Assembly (NCBI GenBank): GCA_051362555.1
Contig: CM120640.1
Span: forward strand, 49,516,788 to 49,580,787
Direction of reading: 5' to 3'
DNA: 64,000 bases
DNA from: Lingula anatina
Lineage: Eukaryota > Animalia > Brachiopoda
The position numbers and the translations under genes were made by a program. Under the pieces are notes generated by a model. The model worked only from the letters and a program-made list of their open reading frames with translations, searched no databases and was not told where the DNA came from. Shown here one piece after another: positions 35,185-48,450 of the stretch. The first letter of the stretch is position 1. The number at the start of each line of letters is the position of its first letter.

Positions 35185-37298
35185 GGCCGGTGATGGGGTT
35201 AAATACGCTTAAAATCATGTTTTTGAGTTTTTTGTGTGTTTATATTAATCAAAAAAGTATCTAACGTTGGATGTAATAACTTTTATGAATTTGGATCGCA
35301 AAATGTGTCTTTTGATGAGTTTTTCAACCGGCACGCGCCCCAGTCAGGCTGACAACTAAGCCACGCCTCTGTTACTAAGGGCCGTTGCCATGAGGGGGTC
35401 GGAGCACAGTTAATGAGTTATAAGCCGATTACGTGTGCGGTAATAGGTCATAAGTCTTACATCAGCTTAGCAGCGAAGAAGTCTAGCTAGTATACTATGG
35501 GGAAGAGAAAAGTTCGTGTTAAAAGTCCATTTCCAGAGGAAAGAAAGAAAATTTTGAAAGAGAGTAGGGCCTATGCGTGGCGGTTGGGGAAAACCGGCCC
35601 TATTTGTTCAGTCGGATAACTGATTTCTGTATACCTAATAAATGGGTGAAAGAGTTAATCGAATCGCCTAAATCAATTGACAAATGAAAGAAAAATCGAT
35701 AAATAAATTTAAAAAAACGCTAAAAAGGATACTTTTAGCCTAACTCTTATGTTTTGCGATATATATCGGCGAGCGTATCTGCGACATGTTACGAAACCGG
35801 AAATGATTGTTGGTCGCCGTTTGCAAAAGGTAAATATAATGTTGACAAAATAAATTTTTATTCTCCAAGATATGATATCATGGAGCTTGAGAGACGCGCG
35901 AAAAATTGTGATGTGAATGGCCAAACGAGAGAAATCCAAGCAAGGGTTGACAGCATGATTAAAACAATAGAAATAAAAACACGTTTGCTGCTTTGCATTT
36001 TACAATGTTTGGAGAAAAACAATTTCAAAAAGAGTTCAAAATGTGTCCAAAAATGAAAATCACAAAAAGACACCGAAAATAGTCAAGACTAGCAGGTAAA
36101 AAGCAAATAGGGTCTAAGTGTCATGTGTGTAAAAATAAAATATTTATGCAAAAGCCTTCTCTCAGCCACTTTTACCGCTGAATCTTGTGCAGCTGAGCGT
36201 CTCCCCTTTATCTTAGCTGGCATTTTGAGAGAGACCGCTCTGAAGTAATCACTGGATTTTTCCGTTGATCTGACGATTACCAAGTGCTGTGCAAAATAAT
36301 CCTGCAGCGTTACCCGTCAAAAAACTCTTATTAACACAAGTGACGGCCACTTGCTCTCGACAGACAGTTTTATCTGATCACTTTGCCGATAACAAAGAAG
36401 GAATCTCTCAGGTAAAATTACTCGTTTGCCGAGGAAGAGCCATTGAAACTTTCAAATGCAACTTCACACCTCTTAATTGCGGTTAAACGTGATCGCCTTT
36501 GTTAGCGCTTCCTTCTACATATCCTTGACACCCTACTGGGCATCACTAGGCTAGGGCCCTCTCCAGAGCTGTCAATCAAAATGGCGGCACGCTTACATGC
36601 CTAACGAGTGGTCAGAAAATGTAACAAAAGCACGATTTTCTGCCCCTTCAAAGCACCCAAACAAAATATTTTTAGATGACAATAAGCAATGGTTCCATCT
36701 GATCGTATAACCGATAACAGGTAAATTTGCCAGCTAAGCATTTGACTAATAAGCCCTGTTAACCAACCTGTGAACGTTTTTGGCTGTTTTAACAGCTTTC
36801 TATATTGACGAGATAAGTGAATCGCTGCCAAGTATATCTCACTATCTGAGCAACCGATCGTTACAAAAGTTGCACCTATTGTTGTTAGGAATGTGGACTA
36901 CAGCATGATATCAGGGGTTTAAGAGGAAATTGTTTGTTTGAAAGTTATCGCCTTTTAAAGTGAATAACCCATTGAAATATGGGCTGATTTAACGTAAAAG
37001 ATGATAAAATCAAAAGTAAATAGTTTAAGACAATTCCCTGGTACCCCGCTGTAGTGCTTTCACCCAGCTTTATGAGGCCTTTTGAATCACTTGAATAGCT
37101 GTCTTGGTTATAGAGAAAATCCCAATACCGAAAACGGCATTTTTCCCCTCAAATTGGCGCCAGAGCGTCATCCGTTGGACACTGTACTTAATCCCCGTCT
37201 TTAATTGGCCTTTTGGGAAGTTTGTTTTAATTTTTTATAAAAACTTATAAGCCCAGGGCTTTGTTTCTATGACTTTGGTCCTTTTACTATTAGTGGCC
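35185..37298. mobile_element. Non-autonomous Kolobok-type DNA transposon
   Basis: TTAA TSD (35181-35184, 37299-37302). GGCC..GGCC termini with imperfect TIR. Removing it restores the Gypsy integrase APELKSGDFVRIK. Confidence 0.8.
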
Positions 37299-37302
37299 TT
37301 AA

Positions 37303-39538
37303 CTCAGGAGCTCTAACTACCCCATGCCCATCATTATAATGTATCTGATGATAACTCTTTGCTAACTCGTCTTTGAACCTGACTTGTTCACTATTAGGCC
37401 ATTTCGGTTCTAGTATCTTTGGAAGACAGGGAACAGTATTTCTCAGCTTTCTTCCCATCAACAATTGAGCTGGTGAATACCCAGTTGTTGAGTGTGGAGT
37501 TGACCTATATGCTAATAAACCTAACATTGGATCTGACTGACTAAGAATCTTTTTACAAACTTGTACCGCCCTTTCTACATGCCCATTAGCCTGTGGGTAA
37601 TGCGGGCTTGAAGTTGTATGAGTGAATCCGTACTCTTGAGAAAACTCACTGAATTTCTCAGAAACAAATTGTGGTCCATTATCAGTAATGAACACCTCAG
37701 GTATACCAAACCTGGCAAAGATATTCTTCAACTTTGCAATCACTGCAAAACTAGTGGTGCTTGACAAATGCACTAGTTCAATGTATCTCGAATAATAATC
37801 ACTCACAACTAAGAAACTCTTTCCTTTGTGATCCAACAAATCTGCCCCGAACATTTGCCATGGCCTATCGGGGAGGGGAGTTGATTTCATTGGTTCTTTT
37901 TCGAGCTGACGGCTTGTGAATCTGACAATGTTCACACTTACTGACTAAACTGTCAATATCTCGACTAATACCAGGCCACCATATACTACTTTGTGCTCTC
38001 TGCCTACACTTTGTAGGACCTTGGTGACCACTATGAAGCCTTTCCAACATATTTGACCTCATTTTTCTTGGTATGACAATACGGTCATCATAAACTAACA
38101 ATCCATCATGCACTGACAAATGTGCTCTGGCACTGTAAAATTTCTGTGCGACTGGATTTACTGAATCTACATACTTGGGCCATCCATTCAATGTATACTG
38201 ATAAACAGTAGATATTTCATCATCAACAGATGAAACATTTCTAATCTCTGATAATTTCTCATCAGAAGCTGGCCAGCATGACTCTACATTATTGATATAA
38301 GCATCAATATCTTGTGGTGTCAACATTGTTTTGTCTGATGTGTCACTGGAACTTGGAGCACGTGACAAAGTATCAGCTATTAACAACTGTTTCCCAGGGA
38401 CATACACTGCTTTGGGTGAATACCTCATCAATCGCATTAGCAGTCTCTGACAACGTAAGGTGAACAGTTCATACTCCATGCCTCGCAAATAGCGATCAAA
38501 TTTCTCTGATACCCAAACTACAGCTAAACATTCTTTTTCAATTTGGGCATAACCACGTTCGGCTTCAGAAAGTGTTCGCGAACAGTATGCTACTGGCTTA
38601 AGTACATTACCATGATACTGCATGAGTGCACCACCTAATCCATAACTACTGGCATCTGCTGAAACCACTGTAGGTAAGGATGGATCATAAAATGCAAGGA
38701 CTGGGGCTGAGGAAACTAACCGTTTTACCTCCTTAAAAGCACTATCCTGATCGGAACCCCAGTGCCACTGAACATCTGAACGTAGAAGTTCATTCAAGGG
38801 ATGAAGCTTCTCAGAAAGCTCACTCAGGTGACTCCCCAGGTCACGCTTGAGCTTCCTAGGACACGCTTGAGCTCTGACACATTACTTGGTACTTCGAAGT
38901 CTTGTATTGACTGTACTCGGGACTTATCAATACCAATACCAGACGCACTGATATTTTGGCCAAGGAAATTCAACTCTGATTTTCGCAACTTACATTTCTG
39001 CATGTTGAGTTTCAGACCCTTCTCGTCCAGTCTGTTTAAGACTTTAGTAAGTCTTTTGTCATGTTCCTCTACACTCTTGCCAAAGACTAAAATGTCATCT
39101 AGATACACTACAACACCATCTAGACCCTCAAGTATTTCACACATTTTCCGATAAAATATTTCTGGAGCTGAAGTCACCCCAAATGGTAGTCTTTTGAAAC
39201 AAAACTGTCCCTTCGGTGAGAGAAATGTAGTAAGTTTACTACTATCACTATCCAACTCACACTAATAGAAACCACTTGCAGCATCTAGACTACTAAAAAA
39301 TGATGCACCTGCAAGTTGACTAAGTACTTCCTCTTTAGTAGGGATCAAGTATTTCTCTCGTACAACTGACTCATTCAAACGCCTCAAATCTACACATATG
39401 CGCACATCACCATTAGGTTTCACAACTGGCACCATGGGTGCACACCACTCAACCGGCTCAGTTACTTTCTCAATAACACCTGCCTTTTCCATACGTTCTA
39501 GTTCTGCATTGACTTTTGGTAACAATGGAATTGGGACG
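37303..39538 (-). pseudogene. Gypsy pol (RT, RNase H, integrase) with stops and frameshifts
   Basis: RICVDLRRLN, LPFG, YLDD, ADAS, YAQIEKE, H..H..CxxC, ITDNGPQF, NGHVER. Confidence 0.92.
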
Positions 39539-39579
39539 TACGGTGGCCCACAAGTGCACTCCAAATTCCAAACGACATT

Positions 39580-39787
39580 CCCAATTCTAAACCTCACTCC
39601 AAATACTTAAACTTCACTCTCAATTCTTAAACCTCACTCCGAATTCGTAAACCTCACTCCGAATTCGTAAACCCCACTCCGAATTCGCAAACCTCACTCC
39701 GAATTCGTAAACCCCACTCCGAATTCGCAAACCTCACTCCGAATTCGTAAACCTCACTCCGAATTGAAAAAGCTCACTCCCAATTCC
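39580..39787 (+). repeat. 20-bp tandem array (~10 units) in left TIR
   Basis: Unit AAACC[T/C]CACTCCGAATTCG[T/C]. Confidence 0.95.
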
Positions 39788-40188
39788 ACTATGCCAATTC
39801 TCATCAAAGTTCTCTTCGAGAAATCTTATGAAACAGTAATTCGTCTGGGACAAATAATTTTTTTTAGCTGGGCGCTTCCAGTGAAAGGTTCGAGAGAGTT
39901 TTAGCAAACAGTGCGAATTGTGTTATACATTTTGGTTTGCGTGATACATACCTTACAAAAATAAACCAACAGTTTACGTCACAAGGTCAATTGACTTCTC
40001 CAGCTATTTTCAGTATTTTTCACAATTAAACACACACACATACACACACTCTCTCTCGCCAGGGACTGGGCCGAGTTTTTTCGAAATGTATCACGGGTAT
40101 ATGCTCTTCTCAAAAATTATGCATGCTTTGACCCAGATTTTCAAAGCGAGGCTAGGGCGGCATATACATGTACAGTTACATTTACAAG

Positions 40189-41415
40189 ATGGCGGCGGCA
40201 AACTCGACAACAAAGTCACTAAAATGTGAAGTTTGCACAGCAACAGTGACGCTTTACAGTAAATTTTGTGCCACCTGTGGTGCTGAACTTGATGAAGAAA
40301 CCCTAGCACTGAAATATTATTTCAACGAAGGATACAAGTATGAGGTTATTCTGTGCTTTTTGCTGAAATACCACGGAACAGAAATGAGCCTGCGAACACT
40401 CAAGGAGAGATTCAAGTCACTTGGCCTTCGACGACGGAACCTATTGGATTTAAATGACCAGGATATCAGAGCTAGAATACAGGAGGAGTTAGATGGGCCT
40501 GGTTGCTTAAAGGGGTACAGGAGCATGTGGCATACTTTGCGCCGTGAGGGTTATCAGGTGTCGAGGCAAGCAGTGGCGACATGCTTACAGGAAATGGACC
40601 CTGAAGGGTGCGAAAGAAGATGAAGGCGGAAGCTCAAGAGAAGAGTTTACACTAATCCAGGGCCTAACTACTGTTGGCATATTGATGGGTATGACAAATT
40701 GAAACCTGACGGTTTCCCAATCCATGGCTGTATTGACGGTTACAGCCGAAAGATAATATGGTTAAGATTGGATAGAACGAACAATAATCCCGTAGTGATC
40801 GGGAGATATTATATGGATGCTGTGAAGGAATACGGAGGATGTCCCACGAAGGTTAGAACTGACTGTGGCACTGAAAACGGCCTTGTAGCAGCAGCACAAT
40901 GCTATTTCATTGGCAATGATCTGGCACATATTTATGGAACCTCACCTCATAACCAGCGAATAGAAGGGTGGTGGTCGTACCTAAGACAACACTTAACTAC
41001 TTGGTGGATAAACTTTTTCAAGGACTTACTGGAACAACAAGTCTTTACTACTGGCAATGAACTACAGATGGAGTGCTTGTGGTTTTGTTTTTCCGGACTG
41101 ATTCAGCAAGATTTGGATAACGTAAAAGAACACTGGAACAGCCGCTACATAAGAGAGTCACGCCACGACACTGTAAAAGGAAGACCCAATGAGTTTTACC
41201 TACCTGAACTGCGCAATACTGAGGACTTTCTTGCTCCTGTCAGTGCACAGCAGTGTGACTATATCACAGAGAATTACCTTCCCCTTGCAGAGAGCACCAA
41301 TGAATACCAGGAGTATTTTCAGTATGCCTTTCAAACTGCAGGACTTTCCAACCCCCAAAACTGGCAGGAAGCCTTAGATTTGTACCATAATCTTTATAGG
41401 TTTGCATCCCGTTGA
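40189..41415 (+). pseudogene. IS3EU/integrase-core DDE transposase with N-terminal zinc ribbon; single nonsense at 40621
   Basis: CEVC..FCATCG, SLRTLK, GYRSMW, DPEG..R*RRKLKRRVY..PGPN..WHIDGYDKLK..IHGCIDGYSRKI, RTDCGTEN, NQRIE. Same frame across the TGA. Confidence 0.88.
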
Positions 41416-42169
41416 CTATTTCAGTGTCAGACTCACCTGCCCTAACTCACATTTATTTGAATTGTATTGAAGATCGGATTTCAGATGATACACTCCTTTT
41501 TAAATCTATACTATTAAAATCGTTCCTGTATGTGGGGCAAACGTGTCTGATTGGCCAATTGGAAGATTTGAATGGTTTCCCTTCACTGTCAGTCAACCAA
41601 ACTTCCGTTAAGTTTTCTTGGGGTCAAGCGGGATGCAACCACATAGTCAGGTGGTATGACATAATTAAAACAAGAAATCATTCCCACCTTGAAATGTTAT
41701 AGTCATGGGTCATTTTTTCCTCAGTTGTACAAAGGCATATGCTGTGGCTTTGGCAGTCCCTTTGTAAATGTAAGCATTTTTGTGTAATTTGGAAATTATT
41801 TGAAGAACTTTTCTTATCAGTTTGTGTGTCAAGCAATGTAAGGTGTGGTATTCTAGGAATGCAATTAGATCAGGTGGCATGGGTTAACTAAACTTTTGTA
41901 GAAAGCGTTTTGATCGGTTGTCTGATATCAGTGTGTTACATTAATTTAATTTTATTGGTAAAATTATTTTTATTCCTGAAGGCCAACTTTTAACATCACA
42001 TGCAGTTTTAGATACAGAATCTGGGCTACAAACTAACAATTCTTTTGTATAACAGAACATGCTTGTCTTTTGTTATATATTATGTAACTTTTCTATTTTT
42101 TTTTCTACTTTAGAGAAACACAAATGCAATCTTCATATTAGCTTCATATAGCAAAGCTGTCAAATGTAC

Positions 42170-44300
42170 AGACAAAAAACAGAAAATAAAGATGCAGAAA
42201 ATAGGTCATTTTGTCAATTTTGATGCAATAAATAATGCTGTCAATCAACACACGAACAGCTAGGAGAGGTTTCTGACAGCATTCCAAATTATCTTTGTTG
42301 ATGTGTCCTTTTTTTTTTGATGGTCTTCTAACAAAAAAGAAATACTTGTCAATGCAAACATTAAAATCTGACCATCTTCCAAAAGGCCCAGGAGACGGTC
42401 TCAATCCGCCCCTGCCATAAGATTACTTTCAGGACCACGAGAGTTCACATAATGAAAATCATGACAGTGCATACAGACTACGTCCGTACATAAAAAACCA
42501 TGAACTAAATTTGAATGTGGGAATGGATTCATTATACATTGGTAAGTCTTAGACAATTGTTGTTAACCCCAGGAAAATTCTTTTTTTTTGGCCAAAATGA
42601 ACAGTTTTTACTACTTTAATATGTTCATAGTATTCTTAGTTTTTTTCTATCATAACAACTCTTAGGTTTTTAAAATACAATTTAGTCAAGTTTAGAACTC
42701 GTACTGAATTCAGAACCATTGAAAAGGTTAAGATTACCAAACTGAACCTTAAAACCCACAAACATACAAGTAAGTGCAAAAAGACAGCTAGTACCTGAAC
42801 ATGTAACTTGTTTCCTTAAACATGCCAACTCTGCCAGAACAACTTCAACTGATGTCATTCTTCAAGAACTTACATTTCTTTCAATATTATTGCTCTTGAA
42901 ACATAATGGTACACTTAAACTGTTAATCCCATCTTACACACTCAACATTTAATGCTTATTCAAATGTTTCTAGACATGTAAATGCCAGTGTTTGAAAAAA
43001 AAATATTCCAATAAAGCTGCTGTTCAAACTTTCAATCTTGCTGTATTAACATGGTATGAATAACCCCATTGAGTTTGAGGATAGATAAAGCACTGTCATT
43101 CATATATAGCATTAATGATGGCACTACACAAAATATATATATTTTTTTGAAAACTTGTTTGCAATATTAAACAATATTTACCTGCATAAATTATCACTGC
43201 TTCCTTATTATGGACACTGATCTGGCAGAGAACTTAACCTATTGGAGTTTACGTATCAACAAGTGTGTTTTACGTAATCTCATTTAATGGCCACTTGAAT
43301 CTTAATTGAATTTACAGCATTGAACTTATACCCAAGGGAAAATTACAAATGTGGCTAGTAAAGGTCTTCACACCTTAAAAAGATGCAGAAAATAAGTCAT
43401 TTTGTCAATTTTGATACAACAATAAATAATGTTAATAAGAGCACAATCAACACTAGGGATAATAATTGTTTAACAAGAAATATAATATATTCTGTTTTAG
43501 CACAAAAAAGGCAGTAATATCTATTATTTTGATATCTGAGCTTGTCATCAGACCACGAGACCTCCATAGATGGCTATACTCTGTAATAATCTCTTTAAAA
43601 AAAAAAAAAAGAAAGAAAAAAAAACTTTTTAGTAAAATTCAGGGACTAACTTTGAATGTAGAAATTGATACATTAACCATTGGTAAGTTTACTCCAGGAA
43701 AATTCAATTTTTGGCCAAAACAAATAGTTTTAATCATCCGCAACAGGTAACATGGTGAAAAAAATTAGTTTCAGGACCATATGTGAGAGTTCAAATTCAC
43801 ATAATGAAAACCCCAATATGTGAAAAATGATGACAGTGCATAAAATAATATTACATAATGTTTAAAAACATAAAAACCAATGCAACTGCTCATGTGGAAA
43901 TACAGAAAATGCACAGCACTTCTGGTGGATGGGAGTTAAAAGTCACATCTTGAAGACGCTAGTATTTGAAAAATAATTTTTAAAAAATTTAAAATAAAAC
44001 ATAACAAAAAATTCCAATAAAGCTGCTATTCAAACTTTTAATCTAGCTGTATTAACATGATATAAATAACCCCAATGAGTTTGAGAATAATAAGGCACTG
44101 TTATTCATCTATAGCATTAATGTTTGCGTAACACAAATTTTTTGTGAACTTATTTGCAATATTAAACAACATTTACCTGCATAATTATCACCAAATCCTA
44201 ATTATGTGACACAGTTAAGAGCTAAACCTATGAGACTTTTACAGGGAAATCTCCCTGAGTGTTTTATGTAATCTCATTTAATGGCCAATTGAAAATTAAT
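42170..44300. repeat. Degenerate direct repeats of a dispersed element (also inverted at ~57380-57610/58900-59010)
   Basis: AAGATGCAGAAAATA.GTCATTTTGTCAATTTTGAT at ~42190 and ~43380. TTCCAATAAAGCTGCT at ~43006 and ~44011. MITE end ATCCGCCCCTG at ~42404. Confidence 0.6.
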
Positions 44301-46660
44301 TACTAGGCAACAACAAAACAAAACGTCATTACTGAACTGTAACATGAAATTCTTTGAATGCTTTTTAAGGTTTTCTGGTGTTTGACAAGACAAAGTTGAA
44401 ATATTGGAAGGAACAACACAAATAGAACTTAATGATACCTTGTTGGATAAAACCATCCCACCTCCCTGATAAAACTTTAATCTACAAGTTCACAATATTT
44501 TGTAATCAATTGTGGAGCTAGGAGCTTCATGCATTTGAAAATGCACCACTTTTGCAAAGAGCCAGAAGGAATACATGTTCAAACTCTTTCACGTCAGTCA
44601 TGTGTGCCACAGGAAATGTAATTTCCCTGCTACATGCTCCAACTTGAGGAAAGCAGATGGTGTGCTCGGGATTTCTCTCCTTGCAATCGTGATCGAAATG
44701 TGCTGTTATATTAAGCGGTTCTCCATTTACAGGGCGATGTTTTTGTCCTGTTAACCAGCCAAGAACTGCGGCTGGACTCACGTCCACAGCCTGATACTTC
44801 TTATTTTCCAGAATGTCATTTTCATCTGTAATGGTGTCCTTCTCATTCCAAGCTAGTGCTTCTGTGTAGCCCGTGATGTTATCTTCCACAGTTGATAAGA
44901 AATCTTGAAAATTGTCCATGACTGCCTCCTCAAGCTCCCGTCTAGATGTTCCTTCTGCAGAATAATATGGTGAAACCAGTGAAAAAACATAATCTGAATC
45001 CACAGGACCACTTGTATTTCGCACAAACAGGTCCTTGCAGAGGGCAGCATTATCTTAAACGAGAGCATACACATTGCACTTTTTGAGCCCCTCGCAGAAT
45101 TCTCTCAAGTAGAGTAAGCGCTTGCTTATTATGCTCACTTGAATAGTTCCAATAATGTCATCTTGATGGGTCTTGTCTAATGGGCCAGTGTATCCATGGT
45201 CTAAAATTGCGTCTCTCAAGCTATCATCAAATGAATCACAGTTTCTTATTTGTTCAAAGAGTTCCTTGACGTTAGGAGTGAAATGTGTTTCAGCATCAAG
45301 TTGGTCAAGGTTGACTTCCAGTGTTAGCATCAATTCATACACAGACTCATCTAAAAACGATGGAGGAGGACCACCCTGTGCTAATGAAGCTGTGACAATT
45401 TCACCGCATGTTTGAAAGCTTTTATTTTGAACATTGTATATGGATTTAATGGGTGCTCCATCAGGGAACATCGATTTCCCAATGTCCAAAACAACACTTG
45501 AGAAAAATTCTTGGGACAATGCGCCTGTATCAATACCGTTTTCCCCAGAATATTGTATTCTTAGGACATTCTCTGGACAAGACTTGCATGCTTGCCGTTG
45601 CCAAAGGGAAATTATTCTTGGAAGTGGTGCTCCTCGGCGAGTAATGATGAAAAAATCACCATCTTGCTTGACATTCTTATGCATTTCACGCACTACACTT
45701 GCAGTATCCTCATGGGCTATGGTGGTTTTCTGTAGACTTGGAAAATCAAACGTAGAAGCAGTAAGATCTTCATTACTTTCCTCGTCAAGCTTCTTTTGTA
45801 ATTCTCTAGCCATGGCTTCATCTGATTCATATGTAGTGTTGACCTCTTCAATTTCCACAGTTGGTTCTGTTTTTCTCTTTTTGGGTGCTGAGCTTTCATG
45901 AAAGGGAACTTTTTCTTCCTTTTCATCCTCTTCATCATCATCTGTGTTAATTAAGAAGTCGCTCAGACGGCACAAGTACAGGACAATCTTGGCATAATCC
46001 TTTCCCAGGTCCTCTTTATAGCGCTTTAATGAAAAGAACTCTTTCGGGCATGATCCCGGAATGAACTGGGCTTCCTCCCCATTTTCTAGAAGTAACACAT
46101 AGTCTTCCTTGGTGTCAAAAATATCACTGTGGTAAGCCTTGAATTTGTCCATTGCCTTCTCCAGGATGACACTGCAGGGTGCTTTATTTGACACTGACAA
46201 AGCAATACGCTTCCCTCTCTTGGGTTTGAGGCGCATCTCCTTTTCACAAAAGTACATCATGCCTATCATAATTTGGACTTCTTTTTCCTCCTCAACTTGT
46301 TTCTTGGACACCATGGTTTTCCATTCTTTTCCCTTGGATTTTCTGAATTCACTAAATGACTTCACTGTTGATGGTGTTCTACCTGAAAAAAGTTTTTTGT
46401 TTTTGTAATTCTTTGAATCCAATAAAATATAAATGGTTCAATAATGCAAGGTGATAAATACTTGGGGTTGAGTATTAAAATTATATTAAAATGTGATGTC
46501 TATTGGTCTGTGAGGCAGATCTTTATCCAGGATTACAGAATTTCATGGTCATCTACATAAAGAGTTTTAGTGTGGGTGTTATATAAATGTGTATAGACAT
46601 AAACATTTTGGAAACTTTTTTCCATTTTTGTGCAGATAATTATTATTATTGCAAGGATAC

Positions 46661-48450
46661 CTAGAGGATCAGAGAGGCGTTACCGCCTCCAGTTATTGTA
46701 CCACCAGCTGGAATAAGCGCATCTGCTGGGAAAACCAAAATGGGATACGAGCTGTAGGTTTGTAACGGTGACATGGAAGCTGAGAATATGGAGCTGGTAA
46801 ACATGACAGGTCAGGACTAAAACCAATTCAAGGTCGCATTGACACTGCTAATATACAACTTTCTATTCAAGTTCACTAACAAGTTCAACAGTAAATATAT
46901 TGGCTGGAAAGATTGTTAAGTGCAGCTTATGGTAATAAGTAGGTCAAAGGTCAAATTCATGGGCAGACAATGATTGCCAATATATGACTTCCTATTCAAG
47001 TTCAATAGTAACTATGGGCGCATCTTTTCTAGATTTTGATGTTTAAGGGTAGGAAAATTTGCAATGTTCAGTTCATGATGAAAAGAAGGTCAAAGGTCAA
47101 ATTCAAGGTCACAGAAATATTGCCAATATATGACTTCCTACTCATGTTCTATAGTAACTATGGCCACATCTCGGCTAGTTTTGGAGTATTCCACATTTTT
47201 ATTTTCACCATTGAATATTGCAACATTGCACTTTTGATATAATATATATATACAAACCAGAGGTCTCTAGCATTTATGGTTCCACAATTAGAGAGAATTT
47301 TTAGTTTTGGCATCTAATGGCTACCTCTCCCGTAAAAATGCACTGATTGACCTTAAACTCACTAAGATGTAAGGGATACCTGATTGTAACCCCTCACTAT
47401 AATATGAGAGCTTAGGTCTGTGTAGTTTCTGAAAATTGGCTCAAGCAATTTTTTTTTTTTTGCCCAAAAAATTGCTATTTTTACCAAATTTTTGAAGATT
47501 TTATCTTGAAATAAAGGTCAAAGGTCAAATCTAAGGTCATATTTGAAATCTTCACATATGACTTTTGGAAGGTTATCTATAATAATTTTTTCCATAACCC
47601 CTTTGGTTTGGAGATATCTAGCATTTGATTTTCAAAAATTTTGACAAGGGTGCACTGCGACGGATGCACGCCTAGGCAAATGCACCGACAGACACCAAAA
47701 TGCACGGGGATCAAGTTGAGATTATATGAGTGCATTCTCAACGAATTAAGCCAGGCTTTACAAAGCCGGTGACCTAAAAATGGCGGACGTACATGAAAGA
47801 AAAACCGCCTAATCTTTTAATAGTCTCTCCGCCTCTCCACACGTCGTCCCTGCGGGGTACAGTAATTAAATCTCGTCTCTGTTCGCCATGTGGAAGCTAC
47901 CTGAGAAATATTAAGTGCGCATGCTCATCAGTTAAACTCGTGGTGAAGAAAGCATGGCGGCTGAAGGCGATCGAAGGAAAAAAGCTCTTCTGTTCTATTA
48001 TCTTTGAAAACAGAGACGAAAAAGGAATAATTTGGCCCGTAGAGCAGCAATGAATCGACTATCTACGGAGATAATATCACCAGAGATATTCACGGAAATA
48101 TTAATGTTCGGAGCCGAGATTTAATTACTGTACCCCGCAGGGACGACGTGTGGGGAGGCGTGTGAGAGGTGGAGAGACTATTAAAAGATTAGGCGGTTTT
48201 TCTTTCATGTACGTCCGCCATTTTTAGGTCACCGGCTTTGTAAAGCCTGGCTTAATTCGTTGAGAATGCGCTCTATGTGACCTAATTCCAAGAGATGGGG
48301 TCTTTGGCTCTTGTGGTCTAGGAGGAGAAGTGGTAACGGTGACTTGTATCCGGCGCCAGAATGCGGAGCCGGCGTAGCCGGCGCAGCCGTACGAGACGGG
48401 TCGGGGGTAAAACCATGAGTACCGCCAGCGCTCACACTGGTGGTACTAAT
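46661..48450 (-). mobile_element. HINE copy 3 (diverged subfamily) in intron 2 of the HECT gene
   Basis: Reverse-complement ends CTAGAGGATCAGAGAGGCG..CGCCTCC..TATTGTACCACCAGC and GTACCGCCAGCG..TGGTGGTAC. Two to three degenerate AGGTCAAAGGTCA repeat units. Confidence 0.8.
47728..48273. mobile_element. Foldback MITE with ~140-bp TIRs, 3-bp TSD TAT
   Basis: GAGTGCATTCTCAACGAATTAAGCC.. is inverted at the right end. TAT at 47725-47727 and 48274-48276. Confidence 0.85.

Noticed and set aside
39580-39787. CRISPR-like array of 20-bp repeats (and mirror at 50242-50450)
   Set aside because: No unique spacers and no cas genes. The units are contiguous and form part of transposon TIRs in eukaryotic DNA.
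44527-46422. Host G2E3 ortholog
   Set aside because: It lacks the PHD/RING N-terminus and lies wholly inside a TIR/TSD-bounded transposon nested in a Gypsy pol gene.
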